A stretch of 64,000 nt of DNA, taken from the NCBI GenBank assembly GCA_015059015.1, contig SVBG01000002.1, positions 49,636 to 113,635 of the forward strand. The letters run 5' to 3'. Origin of the DNA: Erysipelotrichaceae bacterium. GTDB taxonomy: Bacteria > Bacillota_I > Bacilli_A > ML615J-28 > CAG-313. The notes below the pieces were generated by a model. That model did not search any database, had not been told where the DNA came from, and saw only the letters and a list, made by a program, of their open reading frames with translations. Each line of letters starts with the position of its first letter. The first letter of the stretch is position 1. This document shows, piece by piece, positions 29,801 through 39,744 of the stretch. The position numbers and the translations under genes are program-made.

Positions 29801-32800
29801 GCTGGTATTTAAACGGTATAAAAGTTGAAAATATTCCTGCTGGTACAACTGGAAATTTAGTTCTTGTAGCTAAATTTAGAGATGTTGCACTTGTTGTTAA
29901 CGGAACTAATGATGAAGGATGTTATCCAACATTAGCTGCTGCATTAGCAGTTGTTAAAGAAGGCGAAACTATTAAACTAGTTGCTGGAAATTATTCTGAA
30001 AATGTTACTGTATCAGTTGCTAATATCACTATTCAAGGTCCTAATGTTGGTGTTGCTGGTAATGATGCAAATCGTGCTAATGAAGCAGTATATACTGGTA
30101 TTATAACAGTTGATGCTTCTGCAAAAAATTTAGTTATTGATGGTATAAAATTTACGGAAGGAGCAAGAGTGATTGGTACAACTGGTGCTTATGTAGGATT
30201 TATATTCCAAAACAATTTAGTTACTGATTCAACACTTGCTGCTGCTGAATATAGTGCAACAGGAAGATATGTTGATTCTGGATTTATTAATTTCTCATAT
30301 TCTGCTGTTACATCACTTGCTAACTTTAAGTTTAGTAATAATAAATTTAATAATGTAGCTGCTGAAAATATTCATTTATGTCGCAATATTAATTTATCTG
30401 TAGATAATAATGAGTTTTATAACTATACTCGTGACTCTATAAGAATTGATGGTGGTTATGTTTATGGAACTTTAGCATTTACAAATAATAAATTTGAAAA
30501 TCCTTCTGTAGGTACTGGTCAAAATGCAGTATACTTTAGAAGTTATAGTGGCGAATCAAATACATCTACTACTTTAATTTTCAAGGGTAATGAATTTATT
30601 AAATGTGGTGGTTTAGATAAAACTCAACCTAATAGTGGTACTGTAGGTGCTTGGTATTATCAAGAAAATGGTGCTAAAATTATAGTTGAAGAAAACATTT
30701 TTGATCATTGTTATAACGGAATGTACTTTAGAAATAATGGTGGTACAGCGTCTGATTGGTCGTGTGAAGTTAAAAATAATATCTTCTTAGGTCTACCTAC
30801 TGATTTCTATTATCAATCATATAATGGAACTGGTGATACTGAAAGTACTAATCCACATCTTACTGTTTTTGGTACAAACTATTATGAAGATAATTCAGGT
30901 AATATGATTACTGATTTATCTTTATATGCTGAATTATTTAAACATTGTAATACTGCAGGTACTTCACTTAGTTCTAAACCATCAATTAATGATGCTGAAG
31001 CTCTTGAATTCTGGGAAATCACATATGAACTAAATGGTGGTACAACTAAAGAAGCATTTACTTACAGTTATACTAGCTTAGATAAAGTTGTTATTTCACT
31101 TCCTACACTTACACTTCCTAATCACCAATTTAATGGTTGGTTACTAGATGGGCAATTAGTAACTGAAATTCCTGGGGATGCTGAAGGTAACTTATATCTT
31201 ATCGCAGATTTTACTGCATTGGAGGGTGAATTGTATAATATTGAATTTGTAACAAATAAAGAAAATGTTATTTGGCCTTCGCGTTCTGCTGCTGATCATA
31301 CTGAAATTGTTAATGAATTATTTAACGATTTATATGAATGGGCTAAAGGTAATGGCGAAACAAGAAGTTATGCAGAATATGAAGCTTATATTAAGGCTCA
31401 ATTAGCTGCTTATGCAGATATTAAATTACGTAATACTTCTTTAGGTAACTATCCTGCTGAAGATGGAAGTACTGAATATTTCTTCAATGTTCCTAAATAC
31501 TATCAAAAATGGAAAGAGTTCTTTGAAGTATTCCATACAGCAATGTTAGCAGTTAATCCTGATCAAAGTTTCTATACAGATACTTATGCTACAATGGTAA
31601 GAATGAATCAATTTATTACATGGAGTTCAACTGGTGAAAAATACTTTGCATCATATTTATCAAAATTCTGTGCTGCAACAAAAGTACCTCAAGAAATTCC
31701 AACAAGTTATCGTGGTGGTCAAACAGTAGCTCTACCTAATATTTCACTTGCAAATGGTCTTGAATTCTTAGGTTGGTATGATAATGACGAATTTACTGGT
31801 TCACCAATTACAAATATTAAATCAACAGATGTTGGTAATAAAGTTTTCTATGGTAAATGGGCAGAGGAAGTTAAAGTAGAAAAAGTTGAAATTAATAAGA
31901 TTTCTGAATTATTGTTGTTTACTACACATCAATTAGTTTGGAGTTTAACTCCTGGTAATGCTACTGATACAACAGTTGAATTCTTCTCAAGTAATGAAAG
32001 CGTTGCGTATGTTTCTGCAAAAGGTTTAATTACTGCTTTAGCAAATGGTAAAACTACAATTACTATGAGAGTGTATGGAAATAGAAAATTAGATGTAGTA
32101 TTTGAATTAGAAGTATTTGTTAATGATTATATTGATGGTTCATATGAAACTGAATCTTATGTAGTTATAGATGAATCAATTCAATTAAATGCAGAAGTGG
32201 TTAAAAAAGATGGAACTATTGGTGCAGTTAAATGGACATCAGCTACTCCTGATATTGTATCAGTAGATGCTAATGGTCTTGTTACAGCATTAAACGCAGG
32301 TACTGCGAAAATTATTGCAACAGATGTAAATAATTCATCATTGAAATTAGAATTTGTTGTAGTTGTTCTAGAAGAACTTCCAGAAGATATTTTAGCTTTT
32401 GCACTTGAATCTAATGAAAGCAATATCTTTACAAGATATGATCTAAATATTGGTAACACATATAATAAAGATATTTTAGGAAGTGTTTCTAAATTATTAG
32501 GTAATAGTCCACTTGTTAAAGACACTAAGTATTATGAAGCATCAAATAAATCTAGTGCTACTTATGGTACAATGTCTTCAATTGAATTTATTACTGTTCA
32601 CTATACAGGTAATATGGCTTCTGGAGCTGATGCAAATGCGAATGCTAGTTACTTTTCTAATAATGGATCTACTTCAATTCATTATACAACTGGTAATGAT
32701 GGTGTATATTATTGTATGGATGAATCAAAAGGTGCATGGCATGCTGGTGACTCTGGTGCTCTTGCTGAAGTTGGTGAATTCAAGTGGATTAAATCTGGCG

Positions 32801-33552
32801 TTAAAGTTGGAGCAAATGATCCTCAATATCCTAACATTACAATTTCAAATGATTTCTATTACGAAATTAATGGTCAAAAGACTACTGTTAAGATGCCTAA
32901 TCCTTGGAATTACTCAAGTAGAAATACTGACCATATCCTAAACGCTGATGGAACAATTTCATCTAAAGCTGGTTATGGACAAACTGCATTCTCTAATAGA
33001 ACTCCTGAATCATTTATTAATGCTCAAGGATTACCATTTACTATTGTTGATGGTGAATACTATATGGGTACTACTTGGTGGTGTTATACTCAAGTTTATG
33101 AAGGACGCATTTGTGGTACTGGTGGTAATAGAAATTCTATTGGTATTGAATCTTGTGTTAACGAAGGTTCTGACCTTTGGTGGACATGGCAAAAGACAGC
33201 TCAACTTGTTGCAGATATTATGGTTAGACAAAATCTTGATATTACAAGAGTAAGAGGTCATCATTTCTTCTCTGGTAAGGATTGTCCTCAACCAATGCTT
33301 GAAAATGATCTAGAAATTTGGTATGAATTCTTAGAACTAGTTGAAACTGAATATGAATTATTAACTAAATATGCTGGTTATGAAGTATCAATTGTATCTA
33401 ATAACCCAGATATTGTTGATAATAATGGTCGTGTAATTAAACAACCATCTGAAACTACATGTGTAACATATACTATTACATTTACAAAAGGAACTGAAAC
33501 TAAATCAATTACTCTTGCATCAATGGTAAAAGGTTTATATGTAGATAGATAA
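26887..33552 (+). CDS. Giant surface lipoprotein (2221 aa): Big_2 domains, about 7 Listeria-Bacteroides-type repeats, central right-handed beta-helix (pectin-lyase-like) region, C-terminal Amidase_2/PGRP-like domain
   Basis: Lipobox LASC after a signal peptide. Repeated YxLNGG...FLGWT modules. Long run of beta-helix-like NN/TG repeats. C-terminal AWHAGD, NRNSIGIESCVNEG and GHHFFSGKDCPQ. Confidence 0.8.
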   Translation: MKVIKKAFLLSLVIIALMVTLASCSKKKVTLSAEKNEISVIIGENVDLKLSATEVKKFTEQDILANLDITSSDNKIVKVEADKITAVGIGSAEVTATWKEYDGATVTVKVNVIAPEVGEVTYSTLPVNVYVGDKFSITHAASSEVTVTYTTSNKDILSVDGNNFEALAKGAAKITATATNGYKETKKEWDVEVLQGEYTITYVLNGGVNAEANPSKYDVRELPLIIAAATKEHKTFLGWTKEAESTDYVTEIAAGEAGDITLYAQFSDIVHSISYELNGGNLPEEAPVTYIEGEGVQLVNPTKEHKTFLGWTKEVGSTDYVTEISAEEIGNVTLYANYADIIHNITYVLNGGILPEEAPVTYIEGEGVQLVNPTKAHKTFLGWTKGIGFSDYITEISAEEIGDVTLYADYEDIVYSITYELNGGINPTDVPLTYIEGEGCVLPVPTKEDYKFLGWTVKLTSTDYITEIGKETTGDVKVYAKWEKIIVYSNIVYELNGGTNPSDAKKEYEEGVGYTLPIPTKANHKFLGWTKEVESTNYITEIGKDATGEFKVYANWEKQIIKSAIKYNLDDGLLDDGYVTEYTEGEVVTLPVPTKEGFDFLGWSIVKGGTSYINEIPATATGEFVVYANWKEKLVLLEGYKYVGEGLHFATLDEAVSSVADGDKIMLPAGEYALSVVINKSIEIHGPNSNLQPTSFKSGEAVINVQKDVAGNIAAKNVVFNGVHLKGTGGGGGIPGVFFQDGGNIETLKFKSCVVSDMNTFIKFRDCTSQAEVIIEDCNIHTIGQFIVWVQGAQTKKVIVTGNIVDGSTCGAVTNTAAALFRVRSGSFEAYNNYFKGSSQNDPGYFESIAVESYVKYNTFENVTKFANSAASNLLVFDENLYLDANGKVLNAVPSQVSVNGVTADVTIATSEEDRAARYIQQLISSNPDRYFAVEYELNGGTLTSSAVTAYDKEVGIANLPTIEKEGYIFLGWYLNGIKVENIPAGTTGNLVLVAKFRDVALVVNGTNDEGCYPTLAAALAVVKEGETIKLVAGNYSENVTVSVANITIQGPNVGVAGNDANRANEAVYTGIITVDASAKNLVIDGIKFTEGARVIGTTGAYVGFIFQNNLVTDSTLAAAEYSATGRYVDSGFINFSYSAVTSLANFKFSNNKFNNVAAENIHLCRNINLSVDNNEFYNYTRDSIRIDGGYVYGTLAFTNNKFENPSVGTGQNAVYFRSYSGESNTSTTLIFKGNEFIKCGGLDKTQPNSGTVGAWYYQENGAKIIVEENIFDHCYNGMYFRNNGGTASDWSCEVKNNIFLGLPTDFYYQSYNGTGDTESTNPHLTVFGTNYYEDNSGNMITDLSLYAELFKHCNTAGTSLSSKPSINDAEALEFWEITYELNGGTTKEAFTYSYTSLDKVVISLPTLTLPNHQFNGWLLDGQLVTEIPGDAEGNLYLIADFTALEGELYNIEFVTNKENVIWPSRSAADHTEIVNELFNDLYEWAKGNGETRSYAEYEAYIKAQLAAYADIKLRNTSLGNYPAEDGSTEYFFNVPKYYQKWKEFFEVFHTAMLAVNPDQSFYTDTYATMVRMNQFITWSSTGEKYFASYLSKFCAATKVPQEIPTSYRGGQTVALPNISLANGLEFLGWYDNDEFTGSPITNIKSTDVGNKVFYGKWAEEVKVEKVEINKISELLLFTTHQLVWSLTPGNATDTTVEFFSSNESVAYVSAKGLITALANGKTTITMRVYGNRKLDVVFELEVFVNDYIDGSYETESYVVIDESIQLNAEVVKKDGTIGAVKWTSATPDIVSVDANGLVTALNAGTAKIIATDVNNSSLKLEFVVVVLEELPEDILAFALESNESNIFTRYDLNIGNTYNKDILGSVSKLLGNSPLVKDTKYYEASNKSSATYGTMSSIEFITVHYTGNMASGADANANASYFSNNGSTSIHYTTGNDGVYYCMDESKGAWHAGDSGALAEVGEFKWIKSGVKVGANDPQYPNITISNDFYYEINGQKTTVKMPNPWNYSSRNTDHILNADGTISSKAGYGQTAFSNRTPESFINAQGLPFTIVDGEYYMGTTWWCYTQVYEGRICGTGGNRNSIGIESCVNEGSDLWWTWQKTAQLVADIMVRQNLDITRVRGHHFFSGKDCPQPMLENDLEIWYEFLELVETEYELLTKYAGYEVSIVSNNPDIVDNNGRVIKQPSETTCVTYTITFTKGTETKSITLASMVKGLYVDR
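27480..28800 (+). repeat. In-frame tandem array of ~210-bp units encoding Listeria-Bacteroides-type repeats (copies 2-4 nearly identical)
   Basis: Repeated ...PTKEHKTFLGWTKE..STDYVTEI...LYA.. modules seen in the translation and DNA. Confidence 0.8.
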
Positions 33553-33558
33553 AAAAAT

Positions 33559-33595
33559 AGGTTAGTAGATAAAATTCTACTAGCCTTTTTCTATG
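33559..33595 (+). terminator. Intrinsic terminator
   Basis: AGGTTAGTAGA-taaaat-TCTACTAGCCT followed by TTTTTCT. Confidence 0.7.
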
Positions 33596-33626
33596 TATAT
33601 TTAACAAAATATTAAAAAATTACTTG

Positions 33627-33660
33627 AAATAAATTCTTTCTAATGATAGAATAATTATAT
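33627..33660 (+). promoter_or_regulatory. Candidate promoter TTGAAA-N17-TAGAAT (paralogous to the one at 26812)
   Basis: Motifs read directly. Sequence shared with the upstream region of the first paralog. Confidence 0.45.
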
Positions 33661-33705
33661 AAAGATTTTGATATTATAAAATTATTCATAGAAAAGGAGA
33701 AAATT

Positions 33706-36700
33706 ATGAAGTTTTTAAAAAAAGTATCGTTATTAAGTTTTTTATTAATTGGTTTAATTTTTATACTCACTTCATGTTCAAAAAAGAAAGTTACACTTTC
33801 TGCAGAAAAAAATGAAATTAATGTATTGATTGGTGAGGACGTAGATCTTAAACTTTCAGCTACTGAAGTTAAGAAATATACAGAACAAGACATTCTTGCA
33901 AATCTTGATATAACATCAAGTGATAATAAAATAGTTAAAGTAGAAACTGATAAAATAACTGCAGTTGGAATAGGTTCTGCAGAAGTAACAGCTACTTGGA
34001 AAGAATATGATGGTGCAACAGTTACAGTTAAAGTAAATGTAATTGCACCTGAAGTAGGTGAAGTTACTTATTCTACTCTACCTGATAATATTTATGTTGG
34101 AGATAAATTCTCTATTACTTATACAGCTAGTAGTGAAGTAACAGTGACTTATACTACATCAAATAAAGATATACTTTCAGTAGATGGTAATAATTTTAAT
34201 GCATTATCAAATGGTATTGTAAAAATTACTGCTACTGCTAGTAATGGTTATAAAGAAACAAAGAAAGAATGGGAAGTAGAAGTTATTCAAAGTGAATATA
34301 ATATTACATATGTATTAAATGGTGGAAGTAATGATCTTGATAATCCAACTACATATGACATAAGAGAATTATCTTTAGCTATTAATCCCGCAACACATAA
34401 TCATAAAACATTTTTAGGATGGACTGTTGAAGAAAGTTCAAAAGATTATATATATGAAATATCTACAGGTACTACAGGTGATATTACTTTATATGCACAA
34501 TATAAAGATATAACACATAACATCGTTTATAACCTTGATGGAGGAAGACTTCCTAAAGGTTCTCCTTTTAAATATGTTGAAGGTGAAATAACTCAATTAG
34601 TTATCCCTACAAAAGAAGGTTATGTATTCCTTGGTTGGTCAACTGAAATTGACTCTAATACATATATTACTGAGATTGGAGAAGATGCTATGGGCGAAAT
34701 GAAAATATATGCACATTGGAAAAGAGAAAATACATTTGCAGTAATTTACGATTTAGATGGTGGGGTTTCTACTGAATCATATTTACAATCTGCAACTCCT
34801 GCTGCAACACTTGAAGTTAACAATTATAACTATAATGAAGGTGCATATTGGACTGGTACAAATTATAAAAATAATGTATTCTTAGGTCAATCAGGATATG
34901 ATCCTACTGCAACATTCTCTGATCGTATTTATATTGGAAAGGATCCTGTAAGTGGTTTATGGGTTGTTCTTGATATTATTCAATCTGGTCCTTCTTCTTG
35001 GGCTGAAGGTGCTGAATATGTATTAACAATTTCTAATTCACACAATAATAAAGGAACACTTCATTCTATTGTAGTAAATTCAATTAAAGTTGGACAAGTT
35101 GTTTCATTTAGTTGTAATGTAACTGATATGAATCATTCTACTCCTGGTGATGTATACTTCTATAATGATACTCCAAAGGAGTCAATAGTAAGAATGGATG
35201 TTACTCCAGATGATACTTTAATTACACCTTCAAAACTTGGTTCAAGATTTGATGGTTGGTATGATGAAAATGGTAAAAAATATGAGACTATATCTGATTT
35301 AACTGATGATGTTAAATTAATTGCTAAATGGACTCTTCTTACTCAAGTAACTGATATGCAAGTAGATGCAATGACAGAAGAAATGATTACAGGAGACACT
35401 TTCCAAATTTCGGCAAAAGTTCTTCCAACTGATGCATATTTCCAAGAGGTAATATTTACATCTAGTAATCCTGATGTTATAAGTGTTAGTGAAACTGGTT
35501 TAATGACTGCTATTAATGCTGGTACTTGTACAATCACAATTAGAGATTATATGAGTTATGCAGTAAAAAATTATACAGTTACAGTTTACTCAATACCTTC
35601 AATTGATGTTGACTTTGAAGATGAATTTGATGGTATTTTAAGTGTAGGAGAAAAAGTACAAATTCATGCTCACTCGCTTGGTAAAGATACTGAAGATGCA
35701 GAAATATATTATGAATCAAGTAACACTTCAATTGCAACAGTAGATGAAGATGGTTACGTAACTGCTTTAAAAGAAGGTGAAGTAATTATCACAGTAAGTG
35801 ATAATACTGGATCTAACTATAAAGTTAAAATTCAGTTAATTGTTGCTGATCTTGCTACAGAAACTAGAGTAGATCAAGTATTAAAATTAATTGCTGAATA
35901 TAATTTTGCAATCGTTGATGCTGGTAATGCATGTTTATATAATGATGGTACTCAAAGATATTATGACTCAATATATGGTAGCGTTAACTATTTCTTATTT
36001 GCACCTTATGTTGTAGAAGAAAAATATTATGCTAATTCTGATGCTATTACTGATAACTCAAATCACAAAGATCGTCGTGCAGAAGATACAATTGAATTTG
36101 TTACAGTTCATGATACCGCAACTCTAACAGGTACAGTTCATTCAATTGCTTCATCAATGTCAACAGGTGGAACTTCAATTCATTATACAACTGGTAATGG
36201 AGAAATTGTTGGTGTTGTTCGTGAAAAATATCGTGCATATCATGCAGGAGACGGAACTGGTTATTCATTCTCTTGGCTTGCAACTGGTATTAAAGTAGGT
36301 GAAAAAGCTCCAGAATTTGATATGGTTAAAAATGGTAGTACATGGTACTTAACTATTGATGGACAAGTTACTTCAATTTCACTTCCTGTTTCAAATGGAA
36401 CTAAGACAATTGCTAATCCATCAAAAGCACACTTCTCAACATTAGGTCCTTCATATAAAGTTATTGATGGATATTACTATGTAGCTCCATTTAGAGTTGA
36501 CTTCTCACAAGTAGCAGAAGGTTGTATTGGTAACCAAGGTGGAAATAATAACTCTGTTGGTATTGAAATGTGTGTAAATGTATCCGGTGATATATATGAT
36601 ACATGGCAAAGAACTGGTCAACTTGTAGCTGATATTCTTGTTAGAAATGGTTTAACATTAGATAGAGTTAAAGAACACAATACTTGGAGTGGTAAAAACT

Positions 36701-37026
36701 GTCCACAATGTTTAAGAGCAGGTTCTTATTGGAATGAATTTATGAAGATGGTTGAAGTTAACTATATCATTATGAAAGATTATAAAGATGCAGAAATTAC
36801 ATTCAAATCTAATAATCCAGATATTGTTAATGAAAATGGTCGTGTTATAAATCCTCCAAAAACAACAACTACTGTATCTTATGATGTAACAGTTACTATT
36901 GAAGGTGTATCTAAAACTATAACACTTTATAGTGTAATTCCTGGTACAACTTGTTGGACTCAATGGGATGGTTCATATCCTTCTAGTTTAATTTGGAAGA
37001 ATGGAAAATTTGGTAAAATATTTTAA
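33706..37026 (+). CDS. Surface lipoprotein paralog (1106 aa): Big_2, Listeria-Bacteroides-type repeats, C-terminal Amidase_2/PGRP-like domain
   Basis: Lipobox LTSC. First ~200 aa are more than 90% identical to the 2221-aa paralog. C-terminal AYHAGD, NNNSVGIEMCVNVSG and EHNTWSGKNCPQ. Confidence 0.8.
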   Translation: MKFLKKVSLLSFLLIGLIFILTSCSKKKVTLSAEKNEINVLIGEDVDLKLSATEVKKYTEQDILANLDITSSDNKIVKVETDKITAVGIGSAEVTATWKEYDGATVTVKVNVIAPEVGEVTYSTLPDNIYVGDKFSITYTASSEVTVTYTTSNKDILSVDGNNFNALSNGIVKITATASNGYKETKKEWEVEVIQSEYNITYVLNGGSNDLDNPTTYDIRELSLAINPATHNHKTFLGWTVEESSKDYIYEISTGTTGDITLYAQYKDITHNIVYNLDGGRLPKGSPFKYVEGEITQLVIPTKEGYVFLGWSTEIDSNTYITEIGEDAMGEMKIYAHWKRENTFAVIYDLDGGVSTESYLQSATPAATLEVNNYNYNEGAYWTGTNYKNNVFLGQSGYDPTATFSDRIYIGKDPVSGLWVVLDIIQSGPSSWAEGAEYVLTISNSHNNKGTLHSIVVNSIKVGQVVSFSCNVTDMNHSTPGDVYFYNDTPKESIVRMDVTPDDTLITPSKLGSRFDGWYDENGKKYETISDLTDDVKLIAKWTLLTQVTDMQVDAMTEEMITGDTFQISAKVLPTDAYFQEVIFTSSNPDVISVSETGLMTAINAGTCTITIRDYMSYAVKNYTVTVYSIPSIDVDFEDEFDGILSVGEKVQIHAHSLGKDTEDAEIYYESSNTSIATVDEDGYVTALKEGEVIITVSDNTGSNYKVKIQLIVADLATETRVDQVLKLIAEYNFAIVDAGNACLYNDGTQRYYDSIYGSVNYFLFAPYVVEEKYYANSDAITDNSNHKDRRAEDTIEFVTVHDTATLTGTVHSIASSMSTGGTSIHYTTGNGEIVGVVREKYRAYHAGDGTGYSFSWLATGIKVGEKAPEFDMVKNGSTWYLTIDGQVTSISLPVSNGTKTIANPSKAHFSTLGPSYKVIDGYYYVAPFRVDFSQVAEGCIGNQGGNNNSVGIEMCVNVSGDIYDTWQRTGQLVADILVRNGLTLDRVKEHNTWSGKNCPQCLRAGSYWNEFMKMVEVNYIIMKDYKDAEITFKSNNPDIVNENGRVINPPKTTTTVSYDVTVTIEGVSKTITLYSVIPGTTCWTQWDGSYPSSLIWKNGKFGKIF

Positions 37027-37035
37027 TAAATAAAA

Positions 37036-37070
37036 AAATTGGTTAGTAAGAAAAACTCTTACTAACCTTT
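37036..37070. terminator. Bidirectional intrinsic terminator
   Basis: GGTTAGTAAGA-aaaac-TCTTACTAACC with T-runs on both strands. Confidence 0.7.
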
Positions 37071-37082
37071 TTATTATATATA

Positions 37083-38450
37083 TTATAATTTAGAAATAAA
37101 TGCTTTATAAGCACAATATGCTTCATATACATCTGCTTTAGAAACAATTTCCATAGGGGCATGCATATTTAAAACAGCAATACCAGCATCAATAACATTC
37201 ATATTATAATTACCAAGGATATATGCGATAGTACCACCACCACCTTGGTCTACACGACCAAGTTCTGCAGTTTGATAGTTAATATTATTTTCATCCATAA
37301 CTTTTCTAATTTCTGCCATATATTCAGGCATTGCATCATTACAACCGCTCTTACCACGAGAACCTGTATATTTATTATAACAAATACCATTACCTAAGTA
37401 AGCAGCATTTTTAGGATCATTAACACCAGCATAAAGTGGATCAAATCCTGCAGATACATCACTTGATAACATCTTTGTATTTTCCATTGCATGGCGAACT
37501 TTAAGTTCTGAATAATCAGTTGTTAAATTAATAAGTTCTGCAACAGTATTTTCAAAGAATTTAGAATGAGCACCTGTTGCACCAATAGAACCAACTTCCT
37601 CTTTATCAACTAAAATAGCACAAGTTGTATATTCACAAGCACCAGCATCAAGTACTGCTCTTAAAGATGTATAAGCACATACTCTATCATCATGACCATA
37701 TCCTGCGACCATACTTCTATCAAGTCCATAATCTCTTGCAGGACCTGAAGGAACAATTTCTAGTTCAGCACTAATGAAATCTTCTTCCTCAAAGTCATAT
37801 TTTTCTTTTAATAGTTTTAATACATTTGCTTTAACAGCATCTTTTTCTTCACCTTCTAAAGGCATATTACCCATTGTTAAATCTAAATCTTCACCTTCAA
37901 TAACTTTTGCACCTGTTTTTTGCATTTGATCAGCAGATAAATGAATTAATAAATCAGTGATACCAAGTACTGGATCATTTGCATCTTCACCAATACATAC
38001 ATCAACAATAGTTCCATCTTTTTTACATACAACACCGTGTAAAGCAAGAGGAATAGTTACCCATTGATATTTTTTAATACCACCATAATAGTGAGCATCA
38101 AGTAGTGCAAAACCATTTTTTTCATATAAAGGATTTTGTTTAATATCAATTCTTGGTGAATCAATATGAGCACCAAGAACTCTTAATCCTTGTTCAACTG
38201 GTTTATTACCGATAACGAAACAAGCAATGTTTTTACCTTTATTTGTAACATATACTTTATCACCAGGAACTAATTTTTCAAAACTAGCTAGTGGTTTAAA
38301 ACCATAACTTTCAGCAAGTTTTACAGCTTCATCAACACATTTACGTTCAGTTTTCCCCTTAGTAATGTAATCTTTATATTCTTCATTAAATTTAAAAACT
38401 TTTTCTAAATCAGTAGAAGAATATTTCTTCCATGCGCATTTAGCATACAT
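37083..38450 (-). CDS. M18-family aminopeptidase (aspartyl aminopeptidase-like)
   Basis: 455 aa. LGAHIDSP motif and the His/Asp/Glu metal ligands characteristic of M18. Confidence 0.7.
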   Translation of the reverse strand: MYAKCAWKKYSSTDLEKVFKFNEEYKDYITKGKTERKCVDEAVKLAESYGFKPLASFEKLVPGDKVYVTNKGKNIACFVIGNKPVEQGLRVLGAHIDSPRIDIKQNPLYEKNGFALLDAHYYGGIKKYQWVTIPLALHGVVCKKDGTIVDVCIGEDANDPVLGITDLLIHLSADQMQKTGAKVIEGEDLDLTMGNMPLEGEEKDAVKANVLKLLKEKYDFEEEDFISAELEIVPSGPARDYGLDRSMVAGYGHDDRVCAYTSLRAVLDAGACEYTTCAILVDKEEVGSIGATGAHSKFFENTVAELINLTTDYSELKVRHAMENTKMLSSDVSAGFDPLYAGVNDPKNAAYLGNGICYNKYTGSRGKSGCNDAMPEYMAEIRKVMDENNINYQTAELGRVDQGGGGTIAYILGNYNMNVIDAGIAVLNMHAPMEIVSKADVYEAYCAYKAFISKL

Positions 38451-38529
38451 ATATATAACACCTCCAATAAAAATTCTATTATTAGTATAACATAAATTTT
38501 TAAATTAATTAGTATTATTGATAAAACAA

Positions 38530-38565
38530 AAAAGATGAATACTAAAATTAGTACTCATCAAAATT
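38530..38565 (-). terminator. Intrinsic terminator (minus strand) after the cytidylate-kinase-like gene
   Basis: The reverse strand reads GATGAGTACTA-atttt-TAGTATTCATC followed by TTTTTTGTTTT. Confidence 0.6.
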
Positions 38566-38570
38566 TATTA

Positions 38571-39170
38571 TTATGAATTTTTAAAAGCTTCAACTATTAA
38601 TTTTACACATGTATCTTCACCAAGAACACCGCTATCTAAAACTAAATGATAGTTTTTAGCATCACCCCATGTTTGACCAGTATAAAAATAATAATGTTTA
38701 GAACGTTCTTTATCACGTTTTGCAAGAATAGTTTTAGCTTCTTTATTAGTTAAGTCATGTTTTTCTTTGGAAATCATTACTTTATATTCCATCGAAGCTT
38801 TAATAAAGATATTTAATACATCATCTCTTTTTCTTAACACATAATCTGCACCACGTCCTACAATTACACAAGAAGAGTTATCTGCTAAACTGTTAATAAT
38901 ATCCACTTGTGTAGAATTTATTTGATCTTGTAGAGATGGTGATGAATAAGGAAAACTAATTTTACCATATCCATAATAAGATTGATACATAGAAGAAGTT
39001 AATAACTCTCCTACTTTTTCAGCATATTCTTTAGAGACCATACATTTATCAGCTACCATGGAAATAATCTCTTTATCGTAACATGGAATCCCTAAAGCTT
39101 CCGCAACTTTTAACGCAATAGTGTGTCCTCCACTACCACATTCACGTCCGATTGTAATAATTTTTTTCAT
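38571..39170 (-). CDS. Cytidylate kinase-like family protein (P-loop NMP-kinase fold)
   Basis: N-terminal P-loop-like ITIGRECGSGGHTIA. 199 aa. Confidence 0.55.
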   Translation of the reverse strand: MKKIITIGRECGSGGHTIALKVAEALGIPCYDKEIISMVADKCMVSKEYAEKVGELLTSSMYQSYYGYGKISFPYSSPSLQDQINSTQVDIINSLADNSSCVIVGRGADYVLRKRDDVLNIFIKASMEYKVMISKEKHDLTNKEAKTILAKRDKERSKHYYFYTGQTWGDAKNYHLVLDSGVLGEDTCVKLIVEAFKNS

Positions 39171-39320
39171 AGTAAAAACCTCCTTGTATATATATTTTAT
39201 AACATTAAAAAAGATATTTCAAGTAGTTTTAGAAAAAATATCAAATTATTTTACTTATACCATATTTTAGTGTATAATATAAATATGAGAATGAGTCTCA
39301 ATTTCAATTTGGAGTAATAT

Positions 39321-39743
39321 ATGGAAGTTAAAGTATATAATACAAGACAAAAAACAATAATTTTAGAAATGTTAAAAAATAACAAAAATAAACATTTAAC
39401 TGCTGATGATATGTTATTTATTTTATCAGCCCAAAAGGTGAGTGTTTCTCGTGCAACACTTTATCGTTATTTAGATGTTTTAGTTCAAACTGGAGATGTA
39501 AAAAAATATATCTTACCAGATTCAGATAAAGCGTGTTATCAATATGTTGATTCAGGTGATTCTTGTAAAGAACACTTCCATTTAATGTGTATAGATTGCG
39601 GGACACTTCAACATTTAGAATGTGTTCATATAAATGAAATAATAAATCATGTAGAAAATATGCATAAATTCAAAGTAGATCCAGGACGTGTAGTTTTTTA
39701 TGGATTATGCGAAGATTGCATGAAAAATAAACAGGAGGAGTAA
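39321..39743 (+). CDS. Fur family transcriptional regulator (Fur/Zur/PerR-type)
   Basis: Winged-helix N-terminus. Metal-site motifs HFHLMCIDCG...GLCEDC. 140 aa. Confidence 0.8.
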   Translation: MEVKVYNTRQKTIILEMLKNNKNKHLTADDMLFILSAQKVSVSRATLYRYLDVLVQTGDVKKYILPDSDKACYQYVDSGDSCKEHFHLMCIDCGTLQHLECVHINEIINHVENMHKFKVDPGRVVFYGLCEDCMKNKQEE

Positions 39744-39744
39744 A

